From Folioceros fuciformis (lineage: Eukaryota): a stretch of 62,957 bases of DNA. Positions 23,495-42,955 of the stretch are shown here, piece by piece. Each line of letters starts with the position of its first letter. The stretch's first letter is position 1. Both the position numbers and the translations under genes were made by a program. The stretch covers positions 508,214 to 571,170 of the forward strand of contig JBNGIO010006382.1 of assembly GCA_049999805.1 (NCBI GenBank). The letters run 5' to 3'. A model generated the notes under the pieces. That model saw nothing but the letters and a program-made list of their open reading frames with translations. It ran no database searches and was not told the origin of the DNA.

Positions 23495-24221
23495 ATGGCT
23501 GGATCAGGGACAACTGCTGCCTCCAGGCCCAGGGCCTTCCGCAGTTTGATGGGGCTGCTTTTGGCGGCCCTGCTTCTGTTTTCCTGCTTCACACAGCCTG
23601 CCGTGGCGACTGGCGGTATCTCAGCGAGCGTCCGAACTTTCGGACCAAGCCGTAAGCTCGGTCCGTCACTTGTGCCTTCCAGTGCTGTGCCTGCCGCCAT
23701 GTCTCTATGTCGCTTGAGAAACAAGAACATCTGCCATACTTTGTGATTGACTTCCATTTTCTTGATCTCCACGTCTGTTCAGCTTCAGTAGTGGACAAGG
23801 TCGTCGATGCCGGCGTTGATGGGGTCGACGGTGAGGGAGATGGTGCGTACCCTGTTTCACGTTGTTCAGGACGTCAGTGTCGATTTGCAAATAGTGAAGG
23901 AAGGACGTGTCTTGGGCTAGTGACGCGGTGGTTTGGATACTGGCGCCCGTGCCTGAGTGCTTCTGTTGCCGCTCTCGTTGACAATGTCTAACTGTAGGCT
24001 GCCATGAGTTCTATTCTTGCTGCAATTCCGTTGAAATTTGTGTCGTGTATGCATTCATGTGCAGTCGTTCTAAGTGCTGTGAAGGGTGCAGTCGACGGCT
24101 CCGGAGTGTGAGCTGGCGGATATGTTGGGGAGACCCTAATTCTGGGTCTCAGTGTGACACACTGTGGGGCAGATGTAGGTCTATCGAATGGACTCGGGAC
24201 TGCTACACAAGAGGCTCCTAG
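23495..24221 (+). CDS. Secreted cysteine-rich prepro-peptide, 149 aa; join(23495..23660,23783..23842,23998..24221)
   Basis: Signal peptide (LMGLLLAALLLFSCFTQPAVA), RKL motif, acidic exon 2 and a 74-aa exon 3 with 12 Cys. All introns are phase-1 GT-AG, with splice positions conserved in the paralog. TATA box upstream and AATAAA at 24272-24277. Confidence 0.85.
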
Positions 24222-24478
24222 ACTACACTTCTGAATAGTCACCTGAAACGCTGAGGACCAGCTACACAATCAATAAAGGCATTTATTACTGTCCTGCTCA
24301 GCACCTGACTCATTTGTCGCGCGTCCCTCATCTGGCAGATCAATTGAGCACTAGCTGACATTGAACCTGTCCTCTCATCGCTTTATCTCTGTTGCTCGCC
24401 ACGCACACATTTGCCTTCGCCTTGGAATTACTGCTTACCTCCGTTGCGCAGTGAACGTAATTCTACGCATACGCGCCA

Positions 24479-24816
24479 CAACAGCCTATGCATCTTGACT
24501 ACAATCACTCCCAAGAGTAGCACTGTGTCCTGGTCGAACACTAGTTCACATATCTGTGACTATCACCTGCATCTTCATTCGTCATCCCAGGGGAATAGAA
24601 ACTGCAACCGACATCATATATCTAGCAACTTCCGCAACAGCCTAGGCATCTTGACTACAATCACTTCCCAGGGAAGCACTGTGCGTCCTAGTCGAACACT
24701 AGTTCACAGATCTGTGACTATCACCTACATCTGCATTCGTCATCTCATCTTGTTGAAATTGGCGATTCCAGGGGAATAGAAACGACAACCAACATCATAT
24801 ATCAAGCAACTTCCGC
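24479..24816. repeat. Tandem duplication, ~2 x 160-180 bp
   Basis: caacagccta(t/g)gcatcttgactacaatcact... starts at ~24479 and ~24635. Confidence 0.85.
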
Positions 24817-24969
24817 ATACTTTCCAGAGCCCCTATCCAATCTCAAATGTAGCCCTAGCCTTTCTCCGAATCACGCGCCCAACAAAATTTCTGAGGTTCC
24901 GAACTCGACGAGAGGGCACTAACTACATATGTACAAAACAAGGACACTAGCCTCCTTACTCGTATCATA

Positions 24970-25440
24970 CAAGTGTCCCTAACTGCCCTTCGACACTCAT
25001 TCCCGCCAAGAGTAAGTATGACACTGAGCAATATCGTCCTCGAAGCTAAGGTCTTGCATACCTGTCTTGCTTGTGAAGATGAGCATGTTCATTGCCTTTC
25101 ATTCTGCAGCATATCTAACTTTGGTGGAACATGTTTGGCAGGAGCTCCGCCTGCAACATTTAAGCTCGGTGCAAGAATATGGCTGCGGTTAGCTCTCCTG
25201 CACCAGAAGACGGTCCTACAAACTTGTTCCTCTCTTGCATAGTCGGAACACGGCTCCGGACAACAGTTCCTGCTGCGCACAGCGCTGTGGATGAGACGAT
25301 GTTTGTGCGTGCAGTACGCATCGCAAATGGTGCAGTACATTGTACGGCAGCCGCAGGAGCAGAGCAGAGCAGGATCAGAGGTTCTTCAGCACTGTGTAGG
25401 CTGTTGGTGGCCTCCACGCCACCGGCATCATGATTTGTGA
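24970..25440 (-). repeat. Inverted duplication block with an Mpv17 exon-1-like fragment
   Basis: Minus-strand RTNIVSSTALCAAGTVV vs Mpv17 RTQVLTSTALWAAGDVI; DYAREEQVC vs DNAREEQAC at 12530. Confidence 0.75.
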
Positions 25441-25539
25441 TCTTTTGTGTTCGTGAATACAGTACAAAAAAACGAATGGATGGCCGTACAACGACAGCAG
25501 CCAAAGAAATGAAGGCACCCCAAAGTACTATGTACTAAG

Positions 25540-27150
25540 CCATGCCGCTTAGCCGTATAAATCAGGTGGCCAGGTCCAGGCCCCACTGACACAGTCCTTG
25601 TGCCCGAGTGTATATGGTGCATGTATGTGGCATCATACATGCACCATATACAATATAGGCTTGACTGGTTACCGGTTGTGTCTGCCAGCGGGTTGTAGGA
25701 ATTGGGTTTAGGTATTGAAATCTCATTTCAAATCTTGATTTGCTTCCATCGCGGTGCGCCAAATGGGTGCTCTTTAAATGGACAAGGGTGATCCTAGCTG
25801 ACCTCGTACCACTAACCACCAGATAATGGCCTGTCATGGATTTTGACTTGCCTAATGAAAGGTTTTTCCACATCTTGGCTTTAATAGTTTATTTTTTTCT
25901 CTAGTCATCATTAATCCTTGCACTAGTCACCACTAATCCTTGCATGTTATATACCATTTTGTTTGTCTCAACAAGGTAAACAGAATGATGTATTTTTTTT
26001 GCATTTTGGAGCACATTTGATCAAGATGCTACAATGCAAGGTTTTCTTCACATCTTGACTTTGGATATTTGTTTCTTTCTTCAATTTTCACTAATCCTTG
26101 CATTCTACACACCATTCTGTTTGTCTTGGTAAGGCAAACAAAATGGTATGTACCATGCAAGGATTAGTGAATGTGGAACAAGGGTGCAAGAACATTTAGG
26201 ATTGTGTGCTTGAGAATGCAAAATACTTTGTTGGCTGTGAAGTGACTCGTAGCCCAAATGCAAGATATGGGTGGACAGCCTCAATGTAGGCCATTGCAAC
26301 CTTTTATACCAGTTGAAGGACCAAGCAATGCAGCTAGGTTGAGGCCTTTCTTTTCCCCTCCCAAGGAGAAAACGAAGAAAGTCACTTGGTGGCAACAAGA
26401 AGGTGGCAACAAGAATGCATAGAGGACAGCGGTAGATAATTACATGCCTCGTTTTCCACGACAATGGCAAGGTTGCACTCATTGGTTTGTCTTCGTAGAG
26501 GAGTACCTTGGCTTCCATGATGTTTATGCTGCTTTGTGCATTTAGTTTCCATTCACTATAGTGTCGTATTGCCTCCATGACCTTCTTACCCGCAGGCTTC
26601 ATATCGATGGAGCTCAGGCTCCGGCGGCCTTCAAATCCATGGGCCTTAGACTCCTGCAGCCTTTAAATCCATGGGGCTAGGCTCCTACAATTTCAAATCC
26701 ATGGGGGTTAGGCTCCTGCAATTTCAAATCCATGGCAAACCTTCTCTCACGAACGCAGACACACACACCTACCTTTCTCTACCCCTGGAACCAAGTCCCT
26801 CTTTCTTCGTCATCCACGAGTAGAACCAAGTCCCTCTTTCTTCGTCATCCGCGAGTAGAACCAAGTCCCGCTTCTTCGTCTTCGTACTAGTCTAATAGTT
26901 TGCGCTGTAGACCAAGGACGGTAGTTCGCTCGTGATGTGCATTGCCAGCCCGTTTTTCGCGGCAATAACCCTCGGCTTGCCCGTGCCGCTCTGTTTCACC
27001 GGTTACCGGTGCCCTGCAAAACTTTACGTAGATGCTCACCGTATCCTTATGCACAAGCCACGGGATGTAATACATCAAGCATGGCAGTGCTCCACGAGTG
27101 GATCGGTCGGGCCTAGATCTGGCCACCTTATTTTTACAGCTAGCCGCCAT
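25540..27150. mobile_element. Putative TIR DNA-transposon remnant (MULE-like) with internal tandem repeats
   Basis: Imperfect ~50-bp inverted repeats at 25541-25590 and 27100-27152; ~30-bp x4 (26600-26735) and 35-bp x~3 (26788-26885) arrays; interrupts an otherwise continuous duplication block; no TSD found. Confidence 0.45.
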
Positions 27151-27179
27151 GCCACGCCACCCACGTGCAGTGCAGCAAG

Positions 27180-27390
27180 GAAGAAGACTGTTTTGTGTGG
27201 TTGTGTGATTCTGGCATCACCAAGTGTATCAGTGCCGGGATGTGCTTGCACTGTACAAAGCTCTTAAAAGGAAGTTGGTATCGGTACAGTACCCGTAATC
27301 CAACCTGGACATGGTCACATCCAATAGTTTATTAGCAAGCGGCGGGATCCCGGACTGTTTGAAAATCAAAGTGGCGGGCCCGGGATGCCC
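27180..27390 (-). repeat. Third copy of the duplication block
   Basis: Direct repeat of 22450-22635 (gtgattctg..caa.tgtat..., aaatcaaagtggcgggcccgg). Confidence 0.75.
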
Positions 27391-27599
27391 TGTCGACGCA
27401 CTGCCCATCAAACAAGGGTGTAANNNNNNNNNNNNNNNNNNNNNNNNNNNNNNNNNNNNNNNNNNNNNNNNNNNNNNNNNNNNNNNNNNNNNNNNNNNNN
27501 NNNNNNNNNNNNNNNNNNNNNNNGGCCCGGGATGCCCTGTCGACGCACTGCCCATCAAACAAGGGTGTAACCTACGTAACGGAATTCCTCTCTAAATGC

Positions 27600-29000
27600 C
27601 ACCTCCGATTCTACTCCAAGGATTAAATGGAATATTTTCCTGAACTGAATTATATTTTAACATCAATTTTATCTATTTAAACTATATTATTATTATTATA
27701 AAAATAAATCCAAAGCCTTTAATTATATTTTAATTTTTTCCCGGAAATAATAACTTTGTCTCATTATAAAGACCGCAGTGTGACTAAAGGCCAAAAGAAA
27801 ATTGCGTATCATGATATACTCTAGAAGATGCCACGAAAGATTAGACGTACCAAATACTCAATAAATACCACATGATAAAATAAAAAATTTAGAATTTTTA
27901 ATATCTTCAAGAATTACATGATCAGTCATCTTATCAAAGTATCACTATTAAAATTAAATTATTTTATTGTATAATAAATTTATAAATGTGATTAAAAATC
28001 TTTTTTTACAAGGGGGATAAAGTTCATAAGTATTCTCCTTTATAAGAATTTATAAGAAGTATATTTTCATCCCCTTTCTCTTGAAACTCATGGCGTTATA
28101 GGCAAGACTCTTTTTTTACTAGGGGGATATATGTTTGTATTGCTGATGTGGTTATTATAGATCATACACTAAGAATGTGATCAGCGACTACATCATCATA
28201 ACCCCTTGTTGGACAGCGAAGGGTTGTGCAAGTGCAAAAGTCCATAAGTATTCTCTTCTATAAGACGTATATTTTCATCCCCTTGCTCTTAAGATTGATG
28301 GGGTTATAGGCAAGAACTTCTTAAGGTTTATCATGGAACGCGCCAAGGTTTATCAAAGTCTTAGGAGTGTTGTTCTCCCTCTTTCCTTTGTGGTGGCCTT
28401 GTTGCCACAACGCACATCCATTACTTTGCAAAGAGCATTGGGCAACATAGTTTTTAGAAAGCAACAAGCATAGGTCAATTTATCAAAGTCTTAGGAGTGT
28501 TGTTTTCTCTCTTTCCTTTGTGGTGGCATTGTTGCTACAACGCACATCCATTAATTTGCAAAGAGCATTGAGCAACGTAGTTTTTAGAAAGCAACAAGCA
28601 TAGGTCAAGCGGTTCTTTTTTTGGGCAGCGGCTTTTTTGGTCACCAGTGGTAGGTAGATCTTTTGTTATTCCACATTATGACATTTTGGGAGCCATAGGT
28701 AAATTTCGAGAATGATATTTGAAGGGATTAATACCCTTTCTTGGCATTTGGCTATGTTAGAGTTGTTCCCTCAATCTTTGGAGTGAATGTTGTTTCACCA
28801 ATCTTTTGAGTAAATATTATTCCTCCATTCTTTCCAGTACACGGAACTTTCCCTCTCTTTTTCAACAATAGAAAATATACTTATGATTAGAACTCTTATA
28901 AGATAAGTGCCTCCATAGTTGTTACATAATTTTTTTGGAAAAATAACTTAAAAAAGAAATATAAATATATAATATAATAAAAGTATATAAATATATAATA
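27600..29000. repeat. AT-rich TE-derived segment with internal tandem duplications
   Basis: ~130-bp tandem repeat 28350-28610; repeat pair at ~28020 and ~28240; no coding potential. Confidence 0.55.
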
Positions 29001-29340
29001 TAGTCCAGTACGATGTAGACCATGTTCCATGCCATTGAAGCCGTTGCGAGTTCCGCAAGACTGCCGAGCGGCACACTTGACGCTGTGTTTATTCCATAAA
29101 CCACATCCCATTATTAGAGGATTGTGTGATATACATGTGTAAATATAAAACATAGCCCCTGAATGTCCGTGTCACCACCCGAATGCCTATCGTCGTCGCC
29201 GGAGTAGTTTCCCGTTCTCGGTGGACTGACCGGACGGCAGGGCAAGATGGGCTAGGGCTGAATTAGGGTTCTGATTGTGAAGACGCTCTGAAGTCCTCAG
29301 GGAATGCGCACTTCATTTGCTGGGTGCAATTGTCGTGGGT

Positions 29341-30230
29341 ATGTCAACTTTTTCTCTGAGAAGTGCATGGGCGCGCTACCAAAATCAGCTGCAATCGCAT
29401 CCTGTACGAACACAGGTCCTCACATCCACAGCGCTATGGGCAGCCGGAGATGTTATAGCTCAAACCGTCTCCGCCAGGGTCTCTCGATCGCGGATTCCGG
29501 AAACTTCTGATTCCTATAGGGTAAGGAAACCTGATTAAATGCCAATGTGCAGATCTAAGTTGCGGGTTGCAGATTCAAACTGTGACTGCTGAAAAATAAC
29601 CCGCCCATATTCAGGGAAAGCATGAGGCAAGGGAGAGCGGGATCAACTGGCAGAGAGTGTTGACAACCAGCGGATTCGGAACTTGTTTTGTAGGCCCTGC
29701 CGGACATTTATGGTGACTCTTTCATCTCAGCATTAGTTGATCTGTAGGTGTTGAAGGTCATGCTTCTAACCATGGCAGCCAGGGTAAACTTACGGCTAGA
29801 CACTTTCAGGTACGAAGGATTGGAGTATCTCGTGAAGGACAAGTTGAGACTTCGGCCCAATTCCGTGTCCTTCATTGCCACAAAGCTGGCAGCAGATGCT
29901 CTCATCTTTGGACCCATTCATTTGCTAGCCTTCTTCACCTACATCGGAGTTACAGCAGGAAAATCTTGGGATGCAGTGAAGGGGGACTTGAAGAAAGAAT
30001 TCATACCCGCATTCCTGACGGAGGGAATGGTTTGGCCAGTTGTGCAGGTGATTAACTTCAAGTATGTCCCTGTCAGGCATCAGCTTCTGTTTGTGAACGT
30101 TTTCTGCCTATTGGACAGTGCTTTCCTATCCTGGTTCAAGTACCAAGACGATGCTCCCTGGAAGAGGTACCTGCTATCCTTGGTCACGGGTGCCGACGGA
30201 GGTGCTGAGGTAAAAAAGAGGGGCCAATAG
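29341..30230 (+). CDS. Mpv17/PMP22 family membrane protein; join(29341..29520,29615..29712,29810..30230), 232 aa
   Basis: AWARYQNQLQSHPVRTQVLTSTALWAAGDVIAQ, INWQRV, FVGPAGHLWYEGL, WPVVQVINFKYVPVRHQLLFVN; GT-AG introns in frame. Confidence 0.94.
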
Positions 30231-30399
30231 GCTCCGCAACTTCTTTGTCCCTTAGGCGAGCACTTCACCGTCCTCGGTTCACAAGGATCTCTACAGTTAT
30301 TCGATTGCAACCATCCAGAGGCTTTGACAGCAAAAGAGAACATGCGTATTAAGGTTATGGGATGCTGGTCAGGGCCAAATTCACACTGAAAAGTGAGGG

Positions 30400-31624
30400 T
30401 CACAGAAACAGGCGACATTGATTTCTCGCAGCCGCTTGTTCAAAGTCCTTCGCCGCCTCTTCGGTATCCTTGTCGACCATCAATTCTTCTATAATGGTGG
30501 GAGGCAGTGCGTACGAGCTAATTCCTCGTGCTGCTAAGTTCAGGATGTCGTCGACTGACTTGATGCTTGCTACAAGAACTCGCATTTGACTGCCTACTCC
30601 AGTAAGGATCTTCTGCAAGAAGGCATCCAGACAGAGTTATTCCATAGACCTGGTTCGACAAAATTACAGTACCGATCAACCACGAACTAAAATGTCGAAA
30701 AACAGAACCTGCATGTCTTGAACGTCTTGCAGGCCACATTTGCCCTTTAGGATCATCCTGCCCAGGTACGGGGCTGCGTAGTCCGCACCCACCCCTGCAG
30801 CCAAAAGCACCTGCACCGGCACAGCATCAGCGAAGGGATACAGAAACCTGTACCCAGCCCACCTCCATGCTCCAAAATCAGCAGCTCACCTGATGTGTGG
30901 AGTAGAGCCCGGTCATCGTCACCCGCGCACCCGCGTCTACGAGTTTGCGAGCAGCGCAAAGGCCGATGCTTGTTACAGGAACTTTTACCACAACAGCGGT
31001 GTCAATGTCAGCCAGCTGCGATCCCATCCTGTATAACTCCCGCGCATCTGCTCCCCACGTCTGCAACTGCACCTCCTTTGCACCCTGTCGAGGAACGATC
31101 CACAGACATAATCAGCCCTATCGCCGGCCAACGTTAACAATATGATCGAAGAGGAGCAAGAGGCGCTGACCATGGACAAGGCTGTGTTCGTGAGCTTCCT
31201 CAGAGCTCCGTGGTCGTTGCTCAATTTAGCCCGTTCCAGCAGGAGAGGATTCGTGGTCACCCCTGGGCAGCAAACCATAACAAGAGCCTGAGTTCGACGA
31301 AACTGACGAAACACGGCAGCGTGAAAGGACGGGGAGCACACCGTGGAAAGCGCCTGTCTGTAGCCAAGTCTTCCAAATTTCCTTCTCGGCGGAATCTATG
31401 AACAGCCTCAGCTTGCCGTGATTTGCACCAGCTTTGGCGTTCGGATCGGGATTAGGATTAGCACTCCAGCGACCTGATCCATCGCTCGAATCTCCGGATT
31501 GTGCTCGGATCACCCTGTAGACTTGCTGCTCTTGTCTCACGGAAAATTCACATGTTGCACGAAGAGGCACACCAGCTTGGAAGGTCGGGCCCAAGGGTAC
31601 TTTGTGAGCCAGAATCCCAGCCAT
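30400..31624 (-). CDS. Plastid-targeted small transaldolase/fructose-6-phosphate aldolase (TalC/FSA) family protein, 294 aa
   Basis: Exons 31624-31342, 31262-31171, 31084-30890, 30810-30709, 30612-30400. Motifs LFIDSA, GVTTNP, VVVKVP (Schiff-base Lys), AAPYLGRM, VLVASIK; transit-peptide-like N-terminus. Confidence 0.92.
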
Positions 31625-31829
31625 GGACGGGAAAGAGCGCTCACAAAGGAGACAACTAAGCTAATGGTACACCCTAGCCTGAATTCAAGGCGTATGGCCT
31701 CTCATAAACATGCGGGAATAGCACAAGGCCGGGCTCAGGATGAGTTAACAGCAACCGTACTCAACTCTACGTGCCCCTGGCATACCTACCTCACCACTAC
31801 GACAAATGTTCATCAGCCGCTTGCCCCGA

Positions 31830-32480
31830 ACTCCCTACATGGTCTTGTTGACCACCCTGATTGCTTGTGCTTTCAACTTGCGGGCCTCGCTAGGGCTACC
31901 AGCTACTTTTAACTTGGTGCTTGCTCTGTTTCGTGCGGTGTTTGGATGATTCGTCTACTAGTGTCTCTCGTTTTTATCGCAGCTTCGGCTCCCTTGATTC
32001 CTACCAAGCTTGGAGCCTTGGCTTCAATAGCTTCCTCTGGAAGTAACAACGCCCCGTAGAAGATCATCAACGACACGTCATCCAATATGTAACGCTCTTG
32101 CTTCCGAGAAACACGAATTAGCACATCTAATTCAAGATGCAGCACCCGCCTTCCATCCGCAGGTACACTTGCTGCCACGATATCGGCTATGCCATTGGCT
32201 GCAATTCGAGGATCCACAGTAGCCATGGGCTCCTCAAATGACATGCCACCATCCTCATCCACCTTGACTCTTCTTGCAGCACTGCCAACGGCCCCTTTCT
32301 TTTTTCTTCTCAGCTTATCCTTAGGGACCAAAGACAAGTTTCCGGACAAGCTACTAACCACATCGATTCCCTGCAACCCGCCATCAAAGATGACAGTGAA
32401 CAGTCAAGAGGCAATACCGCTGCTGTCGGCGTTAGAGCCTTACTTTCCTCAACCTTTGTCTCATCCAAACAGAGTGACAG
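31830..32480 (-). pseudogene. Diverged tandem copy of the INO80 3' exons and introns
   Basis: Matches 33240-33900 (LDETxxE..TAA|gt, ag|DKL..KKxAVGS..RRVKxDEDGGMSxEEP). Confidence 0.85.
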
Positions 32481-32962
32481 TGGTTCATTCACACTGTCTC
32501 ATGTCCACAGTTTCATTCACACAGTCTTATGTCCACAGTTTCATGGACAGCTTCATTCACACTGGGTATCTGAAATTACAGGTACATGAGAAAGGTTACC
32601 ACGTTCGCAACCGAAAGTTCAATGAATTATTCTGAGACATGAATATCTAGAGACTGAGGGTCATTGTTTTGCGATCGTCGAGTAGACTGCAGCTACTGCA
32701 AGGTCGTTGGAGCGGAAGACGAGAAGGTCGCCACCATTACAGTGCAGGCCGAGAAGGTCGCCGCCGTCGTCAGGCAGAGCGCCGTGGGCGACGAAGGCAA
32801 AGCAAGCTGCTTTACAAACGTTTCAGCGACGCCCCAGCCTGAATTCAAGCGGGCATTCCTCTCTAAGAATGGGGGAATAGTACAAGGACAAAGCTCAGGA
32901 TATTTTACATCAGTGACCAACTGATGACAAATCCGATCACAACCGCCGCATTTGCAAAAACG

Positions 32963-40605
<7,643 letters not shown>

Positions 40606-42955
40606 TGCACTACGTCCGCAACCCTAATACTATCCTACACCGCCAAATCCGAGGCGAGGACGATGATCTACCGCGCTGGAGCTGAGGCAAGTGACAATAG
40701 TAACACAGCCTCGGAACTCCAAGCATGGAGGGTAGACATCTAACCAAATCTAGCTTTCACGCGGCACAAATAGGCAAAAAGGGAAAGGCGAGGCGAGGCC
40801 TGGGCCGGGCCCTCTGGAGCGGACAGGAAAGCGGGGCACTAGAGCGCCTANNNNNNNNNNNNNNNNNNNNNNNNNNNNNNNNNNNNNNNNNNNNNNNNNN
40901 NNNNNNNNNNNNNNNNNNNNNNNNNNNNNNNNNNNNNNNNNNNNNNNNNNNNNNNNNNNNNNNNNNNNNNNNNNNNNNNNNNNNNNNNNNNNNNNNNNNN
41001 NNNNNNNNNNNNNNNNNNNNNNNNNNNNNNNNNNNNNNNNNNNNNNNNNNNNNNNNNNNNNNNNNNNNNNNNNNNNNNNNNNNNNNNNNNNNNNNNNNNN
41101 NNNNNNNNNNNNNNNNNNNNNNNNNNNNNNNNNNNNNNNNNNNNNNNNNNNNNNNNNNNNNNNNNNNNNNNNNNNNNNNNNNNNNNNNNNNNNNNNNNNN
41201 NNNNNNNNNNNNNNNNNNNNNNNNNNNNNNNNNNNNNNNNNNNNNNNNNNCAGCCAGCACCTCGCCCTCGTGTCCCTCACTCTTTTGCAATCGCATCCCA
41301 TCGCATCGTGAAGACGCCAGCCACTCTTTACTGCACTCTTCTAAACTCTACACCACTCTTTAACTTCTATCCATAATATATATCAGAGACACCATCCATC
41401 CAAGCAGCTAATTCTTGTGTCCTTTGCCTTTTCCCTTCTTCGTCAGCTTTTTATTGTTCTTCTTCTTACAACCAACGATTATACCCTAAAGTATGCTAAT
41501 CAGCTCCATACTTACTACACTCACTCTTACACATAAGACCCATTTGAACACCAACAACTCTTTCCACTTACACACTATGCATTCTCAATCTTCATCCAAG
41601 CTTACCAATCATAAAGTTCATCACCCCTAGATCTATTCACCCACTTGCTTCCAACACCCATTTATACATCAACAACCCTATCCACATAGTACACATGTGA
41701 AGACTTTATCAATTCTATCCTATTAGTACACATATAGAGACTTCATCTCCCATAAGGAAAGAAGAGAAAACCCCACGAAAGCAACCACGCTTATGAGATC
41801 TAGCCTCAAGCCCACATAAATGTACTAAACTAAAACCCTTCCTGCTTTAGCAAAAGCTTAGAGAAGATCTTGCCAATTCTTACATGAAACCCAAGATCTA
41901 GATTAGGTAACTAAACCTTTCAATTTAGGTATGATTCCACCATCCATTTGGATTCTCTGTCACTTCCATCTTATTGTTGCCAAATTGAAGTGATTCACAG
42001 CTAGCTTTCTTACACCACCAAATTCTTCACTCCATAGAACATGAAGACCAAAAGAGTATGTCTCGCTTCGATGTCCTTTTGCTTTTCCTATAGAATTGTA
42101 ATAAGATGCATAGAGCCACCCCACAAAGCTTGAAACACACATTGCACTAATCTAATTTGATACAACCCTCTGTTAGACATGGAGTATGCAAAGATTGCTC
42201 TTTTAAGAAGACTCATCAACAAACATGTCCATAGGTTTGTTGTACTCGGACATATGAGATGTGGAAAAGCGTATACAGGAACGGATGTACGTATTGAGGG
42301 AGCTTCCTCGACGACGGGATCTGATGGAACGGCGGAAGGCCCACCTGCACACGGTCGGCGTATGTACCGTGGAAAAATCGGGGAAGCTACTTTGAACGTG
42401 CATTCGGACAGGCGGGTTGCCGCGTGCCAATAGGAGGAGCTGGTAACGAGGGCCCCTGATTTTGTACGCCCTTTTGATGTCCACAGTACGCGCCTCTTTA
42501 CGCGGCACAGGCCTCACCTGATGAGATACACAAAATGCCAATATATATGTGTAGGGGCGCTGTAGGATCGTCGCAGTCGCAGTCACAGTCGCCGGTGGAG
42601 GATCGCGGCCCTGGCCTTGGACGTGTCCCTCTGTTGTGCGGGCTGGTCTCAGCTCAAGGCGTGGGATGCGTCTCCAGGCTTAGAGCAGTGTCGGAATTGC
42701 AGGGCCGTTCGTTCCCCGCTACCTCCTCCTCGCATCCGATCTCCTGACGGATGGTGCCGCAGCGCGCTCTCTCGATGCTCGCTCTCTAGCCATCTCTGGC
42801 GGCTCGAAGAAGGTGGATTAGGAGGGGGAGCTCCGTGGTTTGGGAGCCGGAGTTGAGTGAGCGAGCGCCTCTTGTATCAAGCCAGGCACGAGATTGCCCC
42901 TGCCACTGCCACTGCAGTTCCCGAGTCTAAGGCACACTCAGGTTGTTGCAAGAGG

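Noticed and set aside
23495-23746. 83-aa single-exon peptide from the ORF track
   Set aside because: Reads into intron 1; conserved splice sites in the paralog and the in-frame Cys-rich exon support the spliced model
27376-27570. Direct repeat flanking a 100-N gap
   Set aside because: Identical sequence on both sides of the gap indicates unmerged contig overlap
40725-41363. Long ORFs spanning 40851-41250
   Set aside because: Artefacts of the 400-N gap
41250-42300. Possible LTR or TE remnant
   Set aside because: Composition is suggestive, but no paired termini, TSD or coding motif could be identified
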